This document shows, piece after piece, positions 9,195 through 18,570 of a stretch of 64,000 bases of DNA. Numbering within the stretch: position 1 is the stretch's first letter; each line of letters begins with the position of its first letter. Source of the DNA: Nitrospirales bacterium (GTDB lineage Bacteria > Nitrospirota > Nitrospiria > Nitrospirales > UBA8639); NCBI GenBank assembly GCA_963555755.3, contig OY820905.2, forward strand, positions 1,248,001 to 1,312,000, in the 5' to 3' direction. The notes under the pieces were generated by a model. That model was not told the origin of the DNA and searched no databases. It worked only from the letters and a program-made list of their open reading frames with translations. Position numbers and translations under genes: made by a program.

Positions 9195-9675
9195 TATAGT
9201 CACACAAGAGCGAGCCTCATCGTTGCGACGGTGGGGCTCTTTGTTGTCCTTAACTAATCAATCTCCGCACTCACGATAGATCCTTCGTTTAATATACTTT
9301 ACCTACCCAATTCACCTAAGTTTACTTCTTTACACCTTTCAATATAAACTCAACGATAACTGTCGAGCTGCGATGAGATGGTGGCAACTTGAACGAGGAG
9401 ACCCACCACCATCACCGAGACGACATCCTCAGCACACCGAGGGAGTGGTCTTAGGCAGTCACGCGAAAGGAAGATCCATATGGACATCTTCATCATTAAA
9501 GGCGCAGGGCCTTTCAGAGAGGTAGTACAATGAGTCACACTAGACCTGAGTATTCCCGAATCATAGCGACCCGTGCTTTGATTTCTGTAGCCGCCATAGC
9601 AGGAATGCTCATTCTGGGGATGGGGTTCAGTGAACACGCTCATTCCGGAAGTCTTGAACCAGCTGCGCCTCCCGC

Positions 9676-11113
9676 GAGTCAAGCCCAAAGTTAGTTGAAA
9701 TTCTCCACGGCTCCGAGGTTCATATTAGGCAACCTTCTTCATCGAGGTCTTCCCAATGTTTAACTCTTGTTACCGTGCCTCACGCAAGCGTGGCAAGTGC
9801 CGATAGCCCTTGACTCTGCGGAGCCGTGGCTCGATATCCAGCAACGCCGCGGCCAACCACCGCTGCCGCTGATTCGAGTTCGTCCAGCGATCCACCTTGG
9901 CACACCGCTCTTCCACCAAGGCATTGATGGATTCCAGACAATTCGTCGTTTTGAAGGACAGACCTACCAGAGCAAACACCCCCAGCCGAGGCAACGTCAC
10001 CGTGTCCTCCAGACCTTCCGCCAAACTCCGAGCCGCCGATTGGTTGCGGTCCTCCAGTTCCGTCTGCAGGTGCGTGAGTGCGGCTCTCGCTTCCGCATAG
10101 GTCGGGCCTTGATACGCCCGTTGAAGCCGGCGTCGCCACGTGGCCTGGTCGCCTTTCGGTACATGGCTGACGACATTCTCCCGTTTGTGCCACTGGCACC
10201 GCTGCCCCAGGGCTGAGTGGCCAAAGGCGTGGCGCACGGCCGCTCGCAGGCCTTTGCCCCCATCAATGATGACCACCAACCCCTGGGAACTGGTGAGGCC
10301 GCGCTCCCCCAACTCCTGCAGAAAGGGCGTGAGGCCTTGCTCATTTTCCGTTCCCGTTTCCACAAACCCCAGGACGTGTTTCTCGCCCGTGAGCGTGATC
10401 CCGATCGCCACGACCATCGTCATGTCGGCAACGGTCTTGCCATCGAGAAAGATGGCGACGATGTCTCGCTCACGGCGGTCGCGTTCCTGCAGTCCCTTGA
10501 GTGGCTTGGCGCTGGCATCCGTAAAACTCCGCGACACCGTCGCGCTTGACAAGCCAATCGCCCCAGGGACTGCGGCCGCCGCCGCCTCATAGTTCCGGCA
10601 GGAAATCCCATACAGCACGCGTTTGAGCCGGACCTCATCCAGCTTACCTGTCCCACGGAGGTGGGGCAGGCGCTGTAAGGCCATTTCGCCACCCCCCACG
10701 TACTGAACGCGAGGAATCGGCAACGGATGCCGTTGCCCCGCCAGCCGGACACTCCCGGGATTACTCCCATGCCGGCGGCCAGGCAGCCGAGCCCCCTTCC
10801 GTTCATCCCGGGCCCCGGCCACCGCACACACTTCGTCCTCTAAGAGCTCCTGAATCCGCATCAGACCCAAGGGGATGAGGGCCTGAATACATTCCACCTT
10901 GCTGTTCACATCGAAGGCCTCATACTGCTCGGGCCGAATCACCCGCACGGCCCCCAAGCGGCGCGTCTTCTTGCTTCTCGTTGTCGTTTTCGCAATACTG
11001 CGCATGAAGTGGCTCCTTTTTTTCTGTTGCTGAGATGTCGATTCTTCGTCGAACGCCATCTCACCACAGGTGGGGGAGCCGCTTCAAATTTCAACTAACA
11101 TTAGCACACACTC
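9676..11113 (-). mobile_element. IS256-family element (second, distinct), probably defective
   Basis: 39-bp imperfect IRs sharing gttagttgaaatt...cggctcc (9676-9714; 11075-11113); no TSD. Confidence 0.8.
9770..11059 (-). CDS. IS256-family transposase, degenerate
   Basis: IFLDG, IIDGGKGL, QRCQWHKRENV, TTNCLESIN motifs; stop at 9770 is followed in frame by QELNIGKTSMKKVA*, suggesting a premature stop. Confidence 0.85.
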   Translation of the reverse strand: MAFDEESTSQQQKKRSHFMRSIAKTTTRSKKTRRLGAVRVIRPEQYEAFDVNSKVECIQALIPLGLMRIQELLEDEVCAVAGARDERKGARLPGRRHGSNPGSVRLAGQRHPLPIPRVQYVGGGEMALQRLPHLRGTGKLDEVRLKRVLYGISCRNYEAAAAAVPGAIGLSSATVSRSFTDASAKPLKGLQERDRRERDIVAIFLDGKTVADMTMVVAIGITLTGEKHVLGFVETGTENEQGLTPFLQELGERGLTSSQGLVVIIDGGKGLRAAVRHAFGHSALGQRCQWHKRENVVSHVPKGDQATWRRRLQRAYQGPTYAEARAALTHLQTELEDRNQSAARSLAEGLEDTVTLPRLGVFALVGLSFKTTNCLESINALVEERCAKVDRWTNSNQRQRWLAAALLDIEPRLRRVKGYRHLPRLREAR

Positions 11114-11119
11114 CATGCT

Positions 11120-11926
11120 GTGCGGTTACAATTGATTCCGTTCTTCGGCAAGAAGCCACTCAATGAAATTCTCCCAGAAGATGTGGAAACCTATCGCGCA
11201 CAAAGAATGCGTCGAGATGGACGAAAGCCCAGTCTTGGAACAATTAACAATGACCACATTATCCTCAAACATGTGTTTAGTGTGGCAGAACGGCGTGGGC
11301 TGGTGATGATTAACCCTGCCAAGAAAGTGCCGATTCCTGATACGAATAACGAACGTGATAGGGTATTAACTGAGGATGAGTGGCACAGGCTCTATGAGAC
11401 AGCAGCACCCCACATTCAGCCAATTCTTTTAATTGCCTACCGACTTGGCCCACGTCTCGGTGAGATTATGAAATTGACCTGGGATCGAGTGGACCTTAAA
11501 CGGGGGTTTATTAAGTTGCGGGGTGTGGATACGAAGACCAAAGAGCCGCGTCTGGTTCCGCTGACTGACGATACTCAAAAGTGTTTGGGCGAACTGGCTA
11601 AGGTGCGGAGTTTAACAACAAATCGTGTATTCTTGTACGATGGCAAGTCCATTGATGAGATCAAGCATGCGTTCAAAACCGCCTTAAAACGTGCTGGAAT
11701 CAAGGATTTCTGTTTTCATGACCTGCGACACTGTGCTGCTACTAATCTTAGACGGGCAGGAGTAGATACTGTTACTGCAATGAAGATTGTAGGGCACAAA
11801 TCTGAGAAGATGCACCGACGCTATAACAGTGTCAATGAAGACGATTTACTACGAGCCATTGCCAAAATTAACACCGTAATAACACCTGCCGTTTCTACCG
11901 ATTCCACGACCGCTGTAAGTGCTTGA
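11120..11926 (+). CDS. Tyrosine recombinase/integrase, N-terminus cut off by the IS
   Basis: R (GPRLGEI), HDLRH, GHKS...RY catalytic motifs; starts right after the IS256 end and ends at the att site. Confidence 0.9.
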   Translation: MRLQLIPFFGKKPLNEILPEDVETYRAQRMRRDGRKPSLGTINNDHIILKHVFSVAERRGLVMINPAKKVPIPDTNNERDRVLTEDEWHRLYETAAPHIQPILLIAYRLGPRLGEIMKLTWDRVDLKRGFIKLRGVDTKTKEPRLVPLTDDTQKCLGELAKVRSLTTNRVFLYDGKSIDEIKHAFKTALKRAGIKDFCFHDLRHCAATNLRRAGVDTVTAMKIVGHKSEKMHRRYNSVNEDDLLRAIAKINTVITPAVSTDSTTAVSA

Positions 11927-11931
11927 AATAT

Positions 11932-12008
11932 TGGTGCCCCCGAGACGATTTGAACGTCCGGCCTACGGTTTAGGAAACCGTCGCTCTATCCACCTGAGCT
12001 ACGGGGGC
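11932..12008 (-). tRNA. tRNA-Arg (anticodon CCT)
   Basis: GCCCCCGTAGCTCAGGTGGATAGAGCGACGGTTTCCTAAACCGTAGGCCGGACGTTCAAATCGTCTCGGGGGCACCA; cloverleaf with CCA end. Confidence 0.97.
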
Positions 12009-12226
12009 AAGCGATGTTATGTTCATATGAGGAAAAGAAAATTTCAGGGCTGAAGTTTACCGCAATGGCCAAGGGGAGACAACCAGGGTACAGATTTGAG
12101 ATGATCCCTTGGATCATGTGTCCAGGGGCTGGAACGGAATAACTGAAAAATCCCCCTTGCCCCCTTTTCCAAAGGGGGAAATAATGGATTTCCCTATTTT
12201 CGCTTGCCTGTACACGTAGCAATGAC

Positions 12227-12823
12227 ATGATGGCTCTTCCCAACATTCTAGTTTGTTTCATTTTTCTTATTTCGCTCAGTCCGGTCAACTTGGCACTTGC
12301 CGAAAACGCATGGTTTTCGCACAAGGTCAGCATTTCCAAAGGAGTGGGAACTGTCACTGCGGAGCTGAAACTGCTAGCTCCTCCGTCAACCACCTACAAG
12401 GTCCTTGCGGATTATGCGCATTGGCCGGACTTGTTTCCACGACATCCAGTGATCCTAAGTACTACACGCGATAACAATCGGGTACAAGTGGCTATGCAGG
12501 TTCCTGCCCAATATATACCTGTCAATCTTGCACTTGTGACCAGCACTCTGGAATCCCCACCCCACAGGTTAGAAACCACATTGGTGAAAGGGGATTTCGA
12601 CCGGTATGATTGGACGTGGGATCTATCGCGATCGTCTTCTGATAAAACAACCATCGCAACTTTAACACTTGTCGTTCAACCATCCATTTGGGTTCCTGAG
12701 TGGTTGTTACTGTGGCTCCTAGAGTCTGAAATCACCACACACTTTCACCTCTTGCGCGAACAGGTGTTGGCTCGCCATCAGGAGCAACAACGCAGCCAAA
12801 TCATTAAAGCAAATAGCCCATGA
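12227..12823 (+). CDS. Exported SRPBCC/polyketide cyclase-like protein
   Basis: Signal peptide; VLADYAHWPDLFP and LVKGDF.RY...W pattern. Confidence 0.6.
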   Translation: MMALPNILVCFIFLISLSPVNLALAENAWFSHKVSISKGVGTVTAELKLLAPPSTTYKVLADYAHWPDLFPRHPVILSTTRDNNRVQVAMQVPAQYIPVNLALVTSTLESPPHRLETTLVKGDFDRYDWTWDLSRSSSDKTTIATLTLVVQPSIWVPEWLLLWLLESEITTHFHLLREQVLARHQEQQRSQIIKANSP

Positions 12824-13836
12824 AACGTATTTCGAATCCGCAGAATCCGTTTCTCTCGGCTCAGCGGGAACTCCTCGAACCCGCGCCACAAATCACACCC
12901 GAAGTCTACGAGGAGGAAACGGGCTCAATCCTCAGCCGTAACGACAGCCCCGACCTACCGTTTCGTTGGAGCGTCAATCCGTATCGAGGGTGCTTTCATG
13001 CCTGTGCATATTGTTATGCGCGCCCCAGCCACGAATATTGGGGCTTTGGCGCAGGCACGGATTTCGAATCCAAACTCATCGTGAAACCCAATGCCGCTGA
13101 AGCATTACGTGCGGCGTTCATGGAACGGTCGTGGAAAGGTGAACTCATCGTCTTTTCCGGAAACACCGATTGCTACCAACCATTAGAGGCGACGCATGAA
13201 CTCACTCGCTCATGCCTTGCCGTGTGCGCGGAGTTTCGCAATCCTGTGACTATTATTACCAAGTCTGCACTTATTCAGCGGGACTTGGATATTCTCAAAA
13301 CCTTGAACAAACATGCGTGGCTGCGCGTCTACTTCAGCATTCCTTTTGCCGATAATGACACGGCACGCAAGGTGGAACCTCAGACTCCATCGATCACCAA
13401 ACGCTTTGAGGCCATGACCCACTTGGCGCAAGCGGGAATTTCCACGCACGTGTTTATCGCGCCGGTCATCCCGGGACTCAATGAACACGACATTCCCGCG
13501 ATTCTTCATCGAGCCCGAGAAGCCGGGGCCCTCGATGCTTCCTATATTCTTCTTCGGTTGAATGGAAGCGTGAAATCGGTGTTTCTTGAACGCATGGCTC
13601 AAGCCTTTCCGGATCGGATCAAAAAAATCCTCAACCGTTTACAAGAGGTTCGAGGCGGCGATGTGTCCGAGAAACGGTTTTTCACACGTCATCAGGGACA
13701 AGGCTCCACCTGGGATGCCATTCGACAATCGTTTGACATAGCGTATCGAAAGGCCGGGTTCCCGCTTGAACCCGATCAGCCCATCCCTCACACCTTCGCC
13801 AGGCCCGGGCAACCGCAGCAACAGTCGCTGTTCTAA
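12820..13836 (+). CDS. Radical SAM protein, PA0069/Rv2578c (spore photoproduct lyase-like) family
   Basis: SVNPYRGCFHACAYCYARP (CxxxCxxC), SGNTDCYQP, ITKS; overlaps the upstream stop. Confidence 0.9.
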   Translation: MKRISNPQNPFLSAQRELLEPAPQITPEVYEEETGSILSRNDSPDLPFRWSVNPYRGCFHACAYCYARPSHEYWGFGAGTDFESKLIVKPNAAEALRAAFMERSWKGELIVFSGNTDCYQPLEATHELTRSCLAVCAEFRNPVTIITKSALIQRDLDILKTLNKHAWLRVYFSIPFADNDTARKVEPQTPSITKRFEAMTHLAQAGISTHVFIAPVIPGLNEHDIPAILHRAREAGALDASYILLRLNGSVKSVFLERMAQAFPDRIKKILNRLQEVRGGDVSEKRFFTRHQGQGSTWDAIRQSFDIAYRKAGFPLEPDQPIPHTFARPGQPQQQSLF

Positions 13837-13878
13837 CCTAGAAACGGCAGTTGGGCACCCAACTGCCATTTCTAGGTT
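13835..13878. repeat. 44-bp hairpin (terminator or mini-MITE); one arm recurs near 32930-32948
   Basis: aacctagaaacggcagttggg-ca-cccaactgccatttctaggtt. Confidence 0.6.
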
Positions 13879-13993
13879 TAAGCCCGACTTGTCTCAACAC
13901 CTTCTGAACAATTATCCTGGCTGTTCCGTTGACATCGGGCATATTGAATGCTCCACACGACAAAGACTGATCGCACCGAGGAAAAGAAAGGAC

Positions 13994-15229
13994 ATGTTCA
14001 TGGCTATGAATAAATGGGTTGAGACAATGTGCTTCTGCGGGATTCTCCTGATCGGACTGGCAGGCTGCGAAGACGCCAGGACTCCGTGGGAAATGCACAT
14101 GGACAGTGGTGAATTGCGGATGCAGCAGAATCGTTTCCAGGAAGCCGAAGACGAATTGAAGGCCGCCCTCCAAGAGGCTGAGAAATTCGGCGAACAGGAT
14201 AACCGCCTTCCGGAAACCCTCACGAAACTCGCCCTCCTCTACGACGTCCAAGGACAGTACGACAAAGCCGAACCGCTTCTCGCTCGAGCCGTCGATCTGC
14301 ACAAAAAAACCCTCGAACCCAACGATCCTGAACTCGCCATCAGCTTGAGCAATTTGGGGGCCTTGTATCACGCGACAAAACAATTTGACAAAGCCAAACC
14401 ATTGTTTCTAGAAGCGCTCAAGATACGAGAAGAAGCGCTGGGCAAAGACCATCTCGACGTCGTGGTGGATCTCAAGAACCTGGCTGGGCTCCACGCCTCT
14501 CAAGAACAATATGAACAAGCCGAACCCTATCTCACCCGGGCCTTAGCGATTACCGAAAACAAAGTGGGGAAGGAGGACCCGGTGCTTGTGGAAAGTTTGA
14601 ACAACCTGGCGTTACTCTACCGCGCTCAAGAGCGTTACGACCAGGCCGTGCCCCTCCTTGAACGAGCCATCGCGATCAATGATCAAGCCTACGGATCGGA
14701 AAGCCCTGGCTTGGTGGGCAGCCTTAACAATCTTGCGCTCATCCACATCATCCAAAAAGCCTACAGCAAAGCGGAAATCCATCTCAAACGGGTTGTCAGT
14801 ATCACCGAAGTGTCATATGGACCTGACAATCCTCGTCTCGCATCAGGACTCACGAACTTGGCGGACCTGTATCGAATCAGGAGCCAATTCGATAAAGCGA
14901 TTGCTCTTCTCGAACGGGCACTGAAAATTAATGAAGAAAAATTTGGCTCCGAGGACCCCAAGGTCGCCAATCTATTGAACAATCTAGCTCTCCTCCATTT
15001 TAACCAAGACAGCTACGACAAGGCGGAGCCCCTCATGCAACGGGCCCTGGCAATCAATGAAAAAGCATTGGGCGAAGAGCATCCAACCGTAGCTCGAACC
15101 CTCAAGAACTACGCGGCACTCCTTCGACAAACCAAGCGCGCCACCCAAGCCGACGAACTTGCTGCCCGAGCCAAAGCCATTCAGAAGAAACAGGAGCAAT
15201 CCCAAGAAAACGTGAAGCGTGAACCGTGA
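13994..15229 (+). CDS. Tetratricopeptide-repeat lipoprotein (kinesin light chain-like 42-aa repeats)
   Basis: LAGC lipobox; repeated LNNLALLY..Q..Y.KAEPL..RAL.I.E..LG..HP; RBS before ATG 13994. Confidence 0.85.
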   Translation: MFMAMNKWVETMCFCGILLIGLAGCEDARTPWEMHMDSGELRMQQNRFQEAEDELKAALQEAEKFGEQDNRLPETLTKLALLYDVQGQYDKAEPLLARAVDLHKKTLEPNDPELAISLSNLGALYHATKQFDKAKPLFLEALKIREEALGKDHLDVVVDLKNLAGLHASQEQYEQAEPYLTRALAITENKVGKEDPVLVESLNNLALLYRAQERYDQAVPLLERAIAINDQAYGSESPGLVGSLNNLALIHIIQKAYSKAEIHLKRVVSITEVSYGPDNPRLASGLTNLADLYRIRSQFDKAIALLERALKINEEKFGSEDPKVANLLNNLALLHFNQDSYDKAEPLMQRALAINEKALGEEHPTVARTLKNYAALLRQTKRATQADELAARAKAIQKKQEQSQENVKREP

Positions 15230-15424
15230 TACGTGAAGCGAATTGGAAAAAGTAATGGGTAAGTGACCGGTAAGGGGAAGAACCTTTCTTTCTTTCCTTA
15301 TTATCCATACCTCCCTACTCATCACGTATGACGCATCACGAATTAAGGTCTTGCCACAAGGCTGGCAAACACCGACAATGGAAAAAGGGAATGACGTTGC
15401 AGGAGCTGAATCGGACAGGAGATC

Positions 15425-15811
15425 ATGGAAAACGCCTTACGAATGACCATCATATTAGTGTGGTGCATGTTTTTCGGGTTCTTCTCCGTCTTGGGATATC
15501 TCGATGAAACCCTGGCGCAACAGAGAAAGGCCGTCATTCTCGGGGGATTGCTCCTGATCCTCGCCGCCTACCTCGCCTTTGAATGGTTCACCCGCAGCAA
15601 GGAACCTGACATCACCAAAGAAGGGTTGGTCGCAGAAAAGGGAAAGGAGAACACGGTAAAAAAAGACCCGCGTTCCCAATTAGATGAACGAGTACTCCGG
15701 CGCTTGCACCTGTTTACGAAAGACAATGAGCAGGAATTGAAGGCCGCAATCACTCCCGACGCTCCCAAGAAACGAAAAAATCCCGCGATCTCCACACCAA
15801 AAAAAGTGTAA
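15425..15811 (+). CDS. Hypothetical membrane protein (2 TM)
   Basis: RBS aggaga, two hydrophobic segments, charged tail. Confidence 0.6.
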   Translation: MENALRMTIILVWCMFFGFFSVLGYLDETLAQQRKAVILGGLLLILAAYLAFEWFTRSKEPDITKEGLVAEKGKENTVKKDPRSQLDERVLRRLHLFTKDNEQELKAAITPDAPKKRKNPAISTPKKV

Positions 15812-15893
15812 CTCAGGTGGATAGACTGAAGGCCAAAGGCTTTTAGGGGGCAATCATGCGTGATCATACAAAACGTCAGGCATAATGAGTCAT

Positions 15894-16031
15894 AGCCTTC
15901 AGTCTTTAGCCTTTAGACTTCAGTCTTTAGCCTTCAGCCTTCAGCCTTCAGTCTTTAGCCTTCAGCCTTTAGCCTTCAGTCTTCAGCCTTTAGCCTTCAG
16001 CCTTCAGCCTTCAGCCTTCAGCCTTCAGCCT
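15894..16031 (+). repeat. Heptamer tandem repeat (AGCCTTC)n, ~20 imperfect units
   Basis: Directly visible: agccttc/agtcttt/agccttt units. Confidence 0.95.
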
Positions 16032-16058
16032 AAATACCTGTACCAATACTCGCTGACG

Positions 16059-18068
16059 CTACTCCATTGATGATGCCGCAAGCCCTTTGAGGGACAGGGC
16101 GCGCTTGGGAGCACGAGCAAGCGCCAAATCAAACTGCGCCCTCGCCGAGTTAATTCTTCCAGACTCCAACAACTGTTCTCCATACAATTCATGCACGGGT
16201 TTCACGGGAAACGGCGGACCATAATCAAAGGGAAGAGTATCCGCCATCGTCGTGGCTTCCTTCAATAACCTCAAGCTTTGCTCCACCTTTCCCTCGGCAG
16301 CAAGGAGTAAGGCTGATAATTGTTTTTTCATCACCAGTGCCGGCAATACCTGCGATGGGGAACGGGTTCCTGTTGCTGAGTGAATGTGATCGCGAAGTTT
16401 GGCAACAGCACTTCGGGCAATGTCCATGCTGCCGGTTTTCACCCCACTCAGTCCCATGGCAAAGAGTTCACTCGTCACTGCGGAAAAACGAAGTCCCGCA
16501 CGGTCTTCCTCTAATCCACTCACATCCCACTGCTGAGTCTCCACAATAAACGTCCCACGCATCGCCGCTAGGTAGCCCTTCACAAACCGTGACTCCACCT
16601 GCGCCGCATCGTCTCTCACCATGTCCAACAACCGCTTCGCGTCGGCAACCCGTCCTTGCTGGAGATAGGCGTACATCAACCAATACACGGTATGATAGGA
16701 CCGCTCGCCAACTCCCAAACTTTTTTGCTTGCGTCGCGTCTCACTCGCCGCCCAACTGATTTCATTCGCCGTGATGACCTCATCCCACATACCCAAGGCC
16801 ATGAAAATATGCGAGGGCATGTGTTGGGCATGCGGGGCAGCCGTCGCAATCTTCGCATACGTCCGAGCCGCGCGAAGACCCAAATAGGCATGCTCGGGGT
16901 CATCGTACGCATGAATCATGTAATGCACGGCCCCGGGATGCCGAGGGTTCCGTTGGAACACGGACTCGGCAATCGACGCGGCTTCCAAATACGTCTTGGC
17001 ATCACGTTCACCCTGCGCGGTTCCTAATAAAGCCAGCGCGTAAAAAGCTGCGGCATCAAGGTCATGAGGATAGCGGTCACTGAGGACACGCATCTGGTCC
17101 GCATACGTGCGATCCCGATCTACTTTTTTACCTTCCCCATACAGCGCGTGCATCGCATGCAGATATCCCTGTTCACGATCCGTAGGAGCTTTGGCGATCC
17201 GCTCTTCATCGCTCGATCCCAGTCGAGCCAGCACCTCTCGGGCCTGATCGAAATATTGATCACCCCACAGGGGATGATTGAACGTCATGGCCTCACCCCA
17301 GTAGGCCATCACAAAATCGTGATCGATCTTCTGTGCGCGCTGAAACGCGACTTGCGCATCGTCATATTCAAAATTGTGTAGCAACAGCACACCTCGAAGA
17401 AAATGGCGTTGCGCCTTGGGAGAACCTGACGTGGGAAAATGTATTTCGCCAAGCATGGGCACAGGCAGTTTGGATTGTTTGGGATGAGGCCGATTCACAT
17501 CCGGGCGCGGATCCGGCACAAACCCATCCCGATGGAGCATCCGCACTGTCGGAAGCATGTCTTGGTTGAGCACCGCGTCCTGTTCAATAAGACCGTTGCG
17601 AAACAACAACCACGCCACCACTGAATAAATCTGGTCCGGACTCATTGACTGTGGTGCCGTAAATGGCATGGCCCGATTGATGTAATCAAACAGCGTCGTG
17701 GCATATGGCCAATGACTGCCAATGGTTTTAATAGGATGACTCGTAGCCAACGTGCCCTGCCCGCCGACCAACTTGGGCATGGGCCCTTCCACGCCAGTGG
17801 CCCCATGACAACTCGCACAATGTTCGGCAAACACCTGAGCGCCTTCCTCAACCGTCCCTCTACCAACCGGCAACCCCTCGCCATCTGGCCCCACATCAAT
17901 ATCCCAGGCGTTGACCTCCTCATCCGTCGCCACACGCCCAAGATGAAAGGACTCGCGCTCTTCTCCACTCCACACCACAGCCAATGGACTTCCGCCCAGA
18001 AAAAGAGAAATGAGAAAAAGATTTAGGAGAACGTGAGCCATCAAACGTCTACCTGCCAAAAAATTCAT
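16059..18068 (-). CDS. SoxD/SorB-like monoheme cytochrome c fused to a TPR-domain protein
   Basis: Signal peptide; WDIDVGPDG.GLP.G.G, CASCH, WPYATTLFDYINRAMP; C-terminal TPR part with HYMIHAYD and HAQHMPSHIF. Confidence 0.8.
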   Translation of the reverse strand: MNFLAGRRLMAHVLLNLFLISLFLGGSPLAVVWSGEERESFHLGRVATDEEVNAWDIDVGPDGEGLPVGRGTVEEGAQVFAEHCASCHGATGVEGPMPKLVGGQGTLATSHPIKTIGSHWPYATTLFDYINRAMPFTAPQSMSPDQIYSVVAWLLFRNGLIEQDAVLNQDMLPTVRMLHRDGFVPDPRPDVNRPHPKQSKLPVPMLGEIHFPTSGSPKAQRHFLRGVLLLHNFEYDDAQVAFQRAQKIDHDFVMAYWGEAMTFNHPLWGDQYFDQAREVLARLGSSDEERIAKAPTDREQGYLHAMHALYGEGKKVDRDRTYADQMRVLSDRYPHDLDAAAFYALALLGTAQGERDAKTYLEAASIAESVFQRNPRHPGAVHYMIHAYDDPEHAYLGLRAARTYAKIATAAPHAQHMPSHIFMALGMWDEVITANEISWAASETRRKQKSLGVGERSYHTVYWLMYAYLQQGRVADAKRLLDMVRDDAAQVESRFVKGYLAAMRGTFIVETQQWDVSGLEEDRAGLRFSAVTSELFAMGLSGVKTGSMDIARSAVAKLRDHIHSATGTRSPSQVLPALVMKKQLSALLLAAEGKVEQSLRLLKEATTMADTLPFDYGPPFPVKPVHELYGEQLLESGRINSARAQFDLALARAPKRALSLKGLAASSME

Positions 18069-18322
18069 AGGGCACTTCTTGCCTCCTCGCCCCTGTGGGG
18101 AGAGGATTGAGGTGAGGGGTTTCTTTCTCTTCCCCTACGCCCCATCCCTGTAGCCACACCATCTACTGTCGCCTACCCAGAACCAGCACATGGCTCCGCC
18201 GAGCCTCCTTCGCCGAAGTAGCACGAAGGCTGAGAGCGGCTCCGCGTTTTCGCGCCGGAGCGCTTCAACGCCCAGGCGCGCAGGCGAGTGAGATCTGCAG
18301 CCACAGAAGAGAGAACTATATA

Positions 18323-18463
18323 GGGCACCTCTAAAAACCAGGCATTTTTTGTGAGGGCAAGGAAGCCGCGCGCGGAAAACCGGAGTGTATGGGCGAATAC
18401 ATGAGGATTTGAGCACGCGGCTGACGCCGCCATCACGGAAAAGGACGGTTTTTAGAGGTGCCC
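18323..18463. mobile_element. MITE family A (141 bp), copy 1
   Basis: TIR gggcacctctaaaaacc; TSD TATA; near-identical copy at 28283-28423. Confidence 0.85.
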
Positions 18464-18570
18464 TATACACCATACCCTACGATTTCTTCATACACGAGCA
18501 CTTTTGCAATCATGCCCCCCCTTTGACAAATGGAGAGGATACAAAGGGGGAGCAGGAGATGGGGAACCGC

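Larger units (their letters stand above)
6942..11981. mobile_element. Decayed integrative island in tRNA-Arg(CCT)
   Basis: 55-bp att repeats at both ends, tyrosine integrase next to the tRNA, AT-rich cargo gene and an IS inside. Confidence 0.85.

Noticed and set aside
9350..9688. 112-aa minus-strand ORF or missing integrase N-terminus
   Set aside because: It starts inside the IS end, has no recognisable motif, and I could not find an integrase-like frame
12146..12180. aaaatccccct..cccccttttccaaaggggga as a gene-specific regulatory site
   Set aside because: It recurs near 23244, 27246 and 51814 in unrelated contexts, so it is a dispersed REP-like hairpin
15885..16070. SLQP-repeat protein or CRISPR array
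   Set aside because: It is the translation of a 7-bp tandem repeat with no spacers; no CRISPR repeat-spacer pattern was found anywhere in the window
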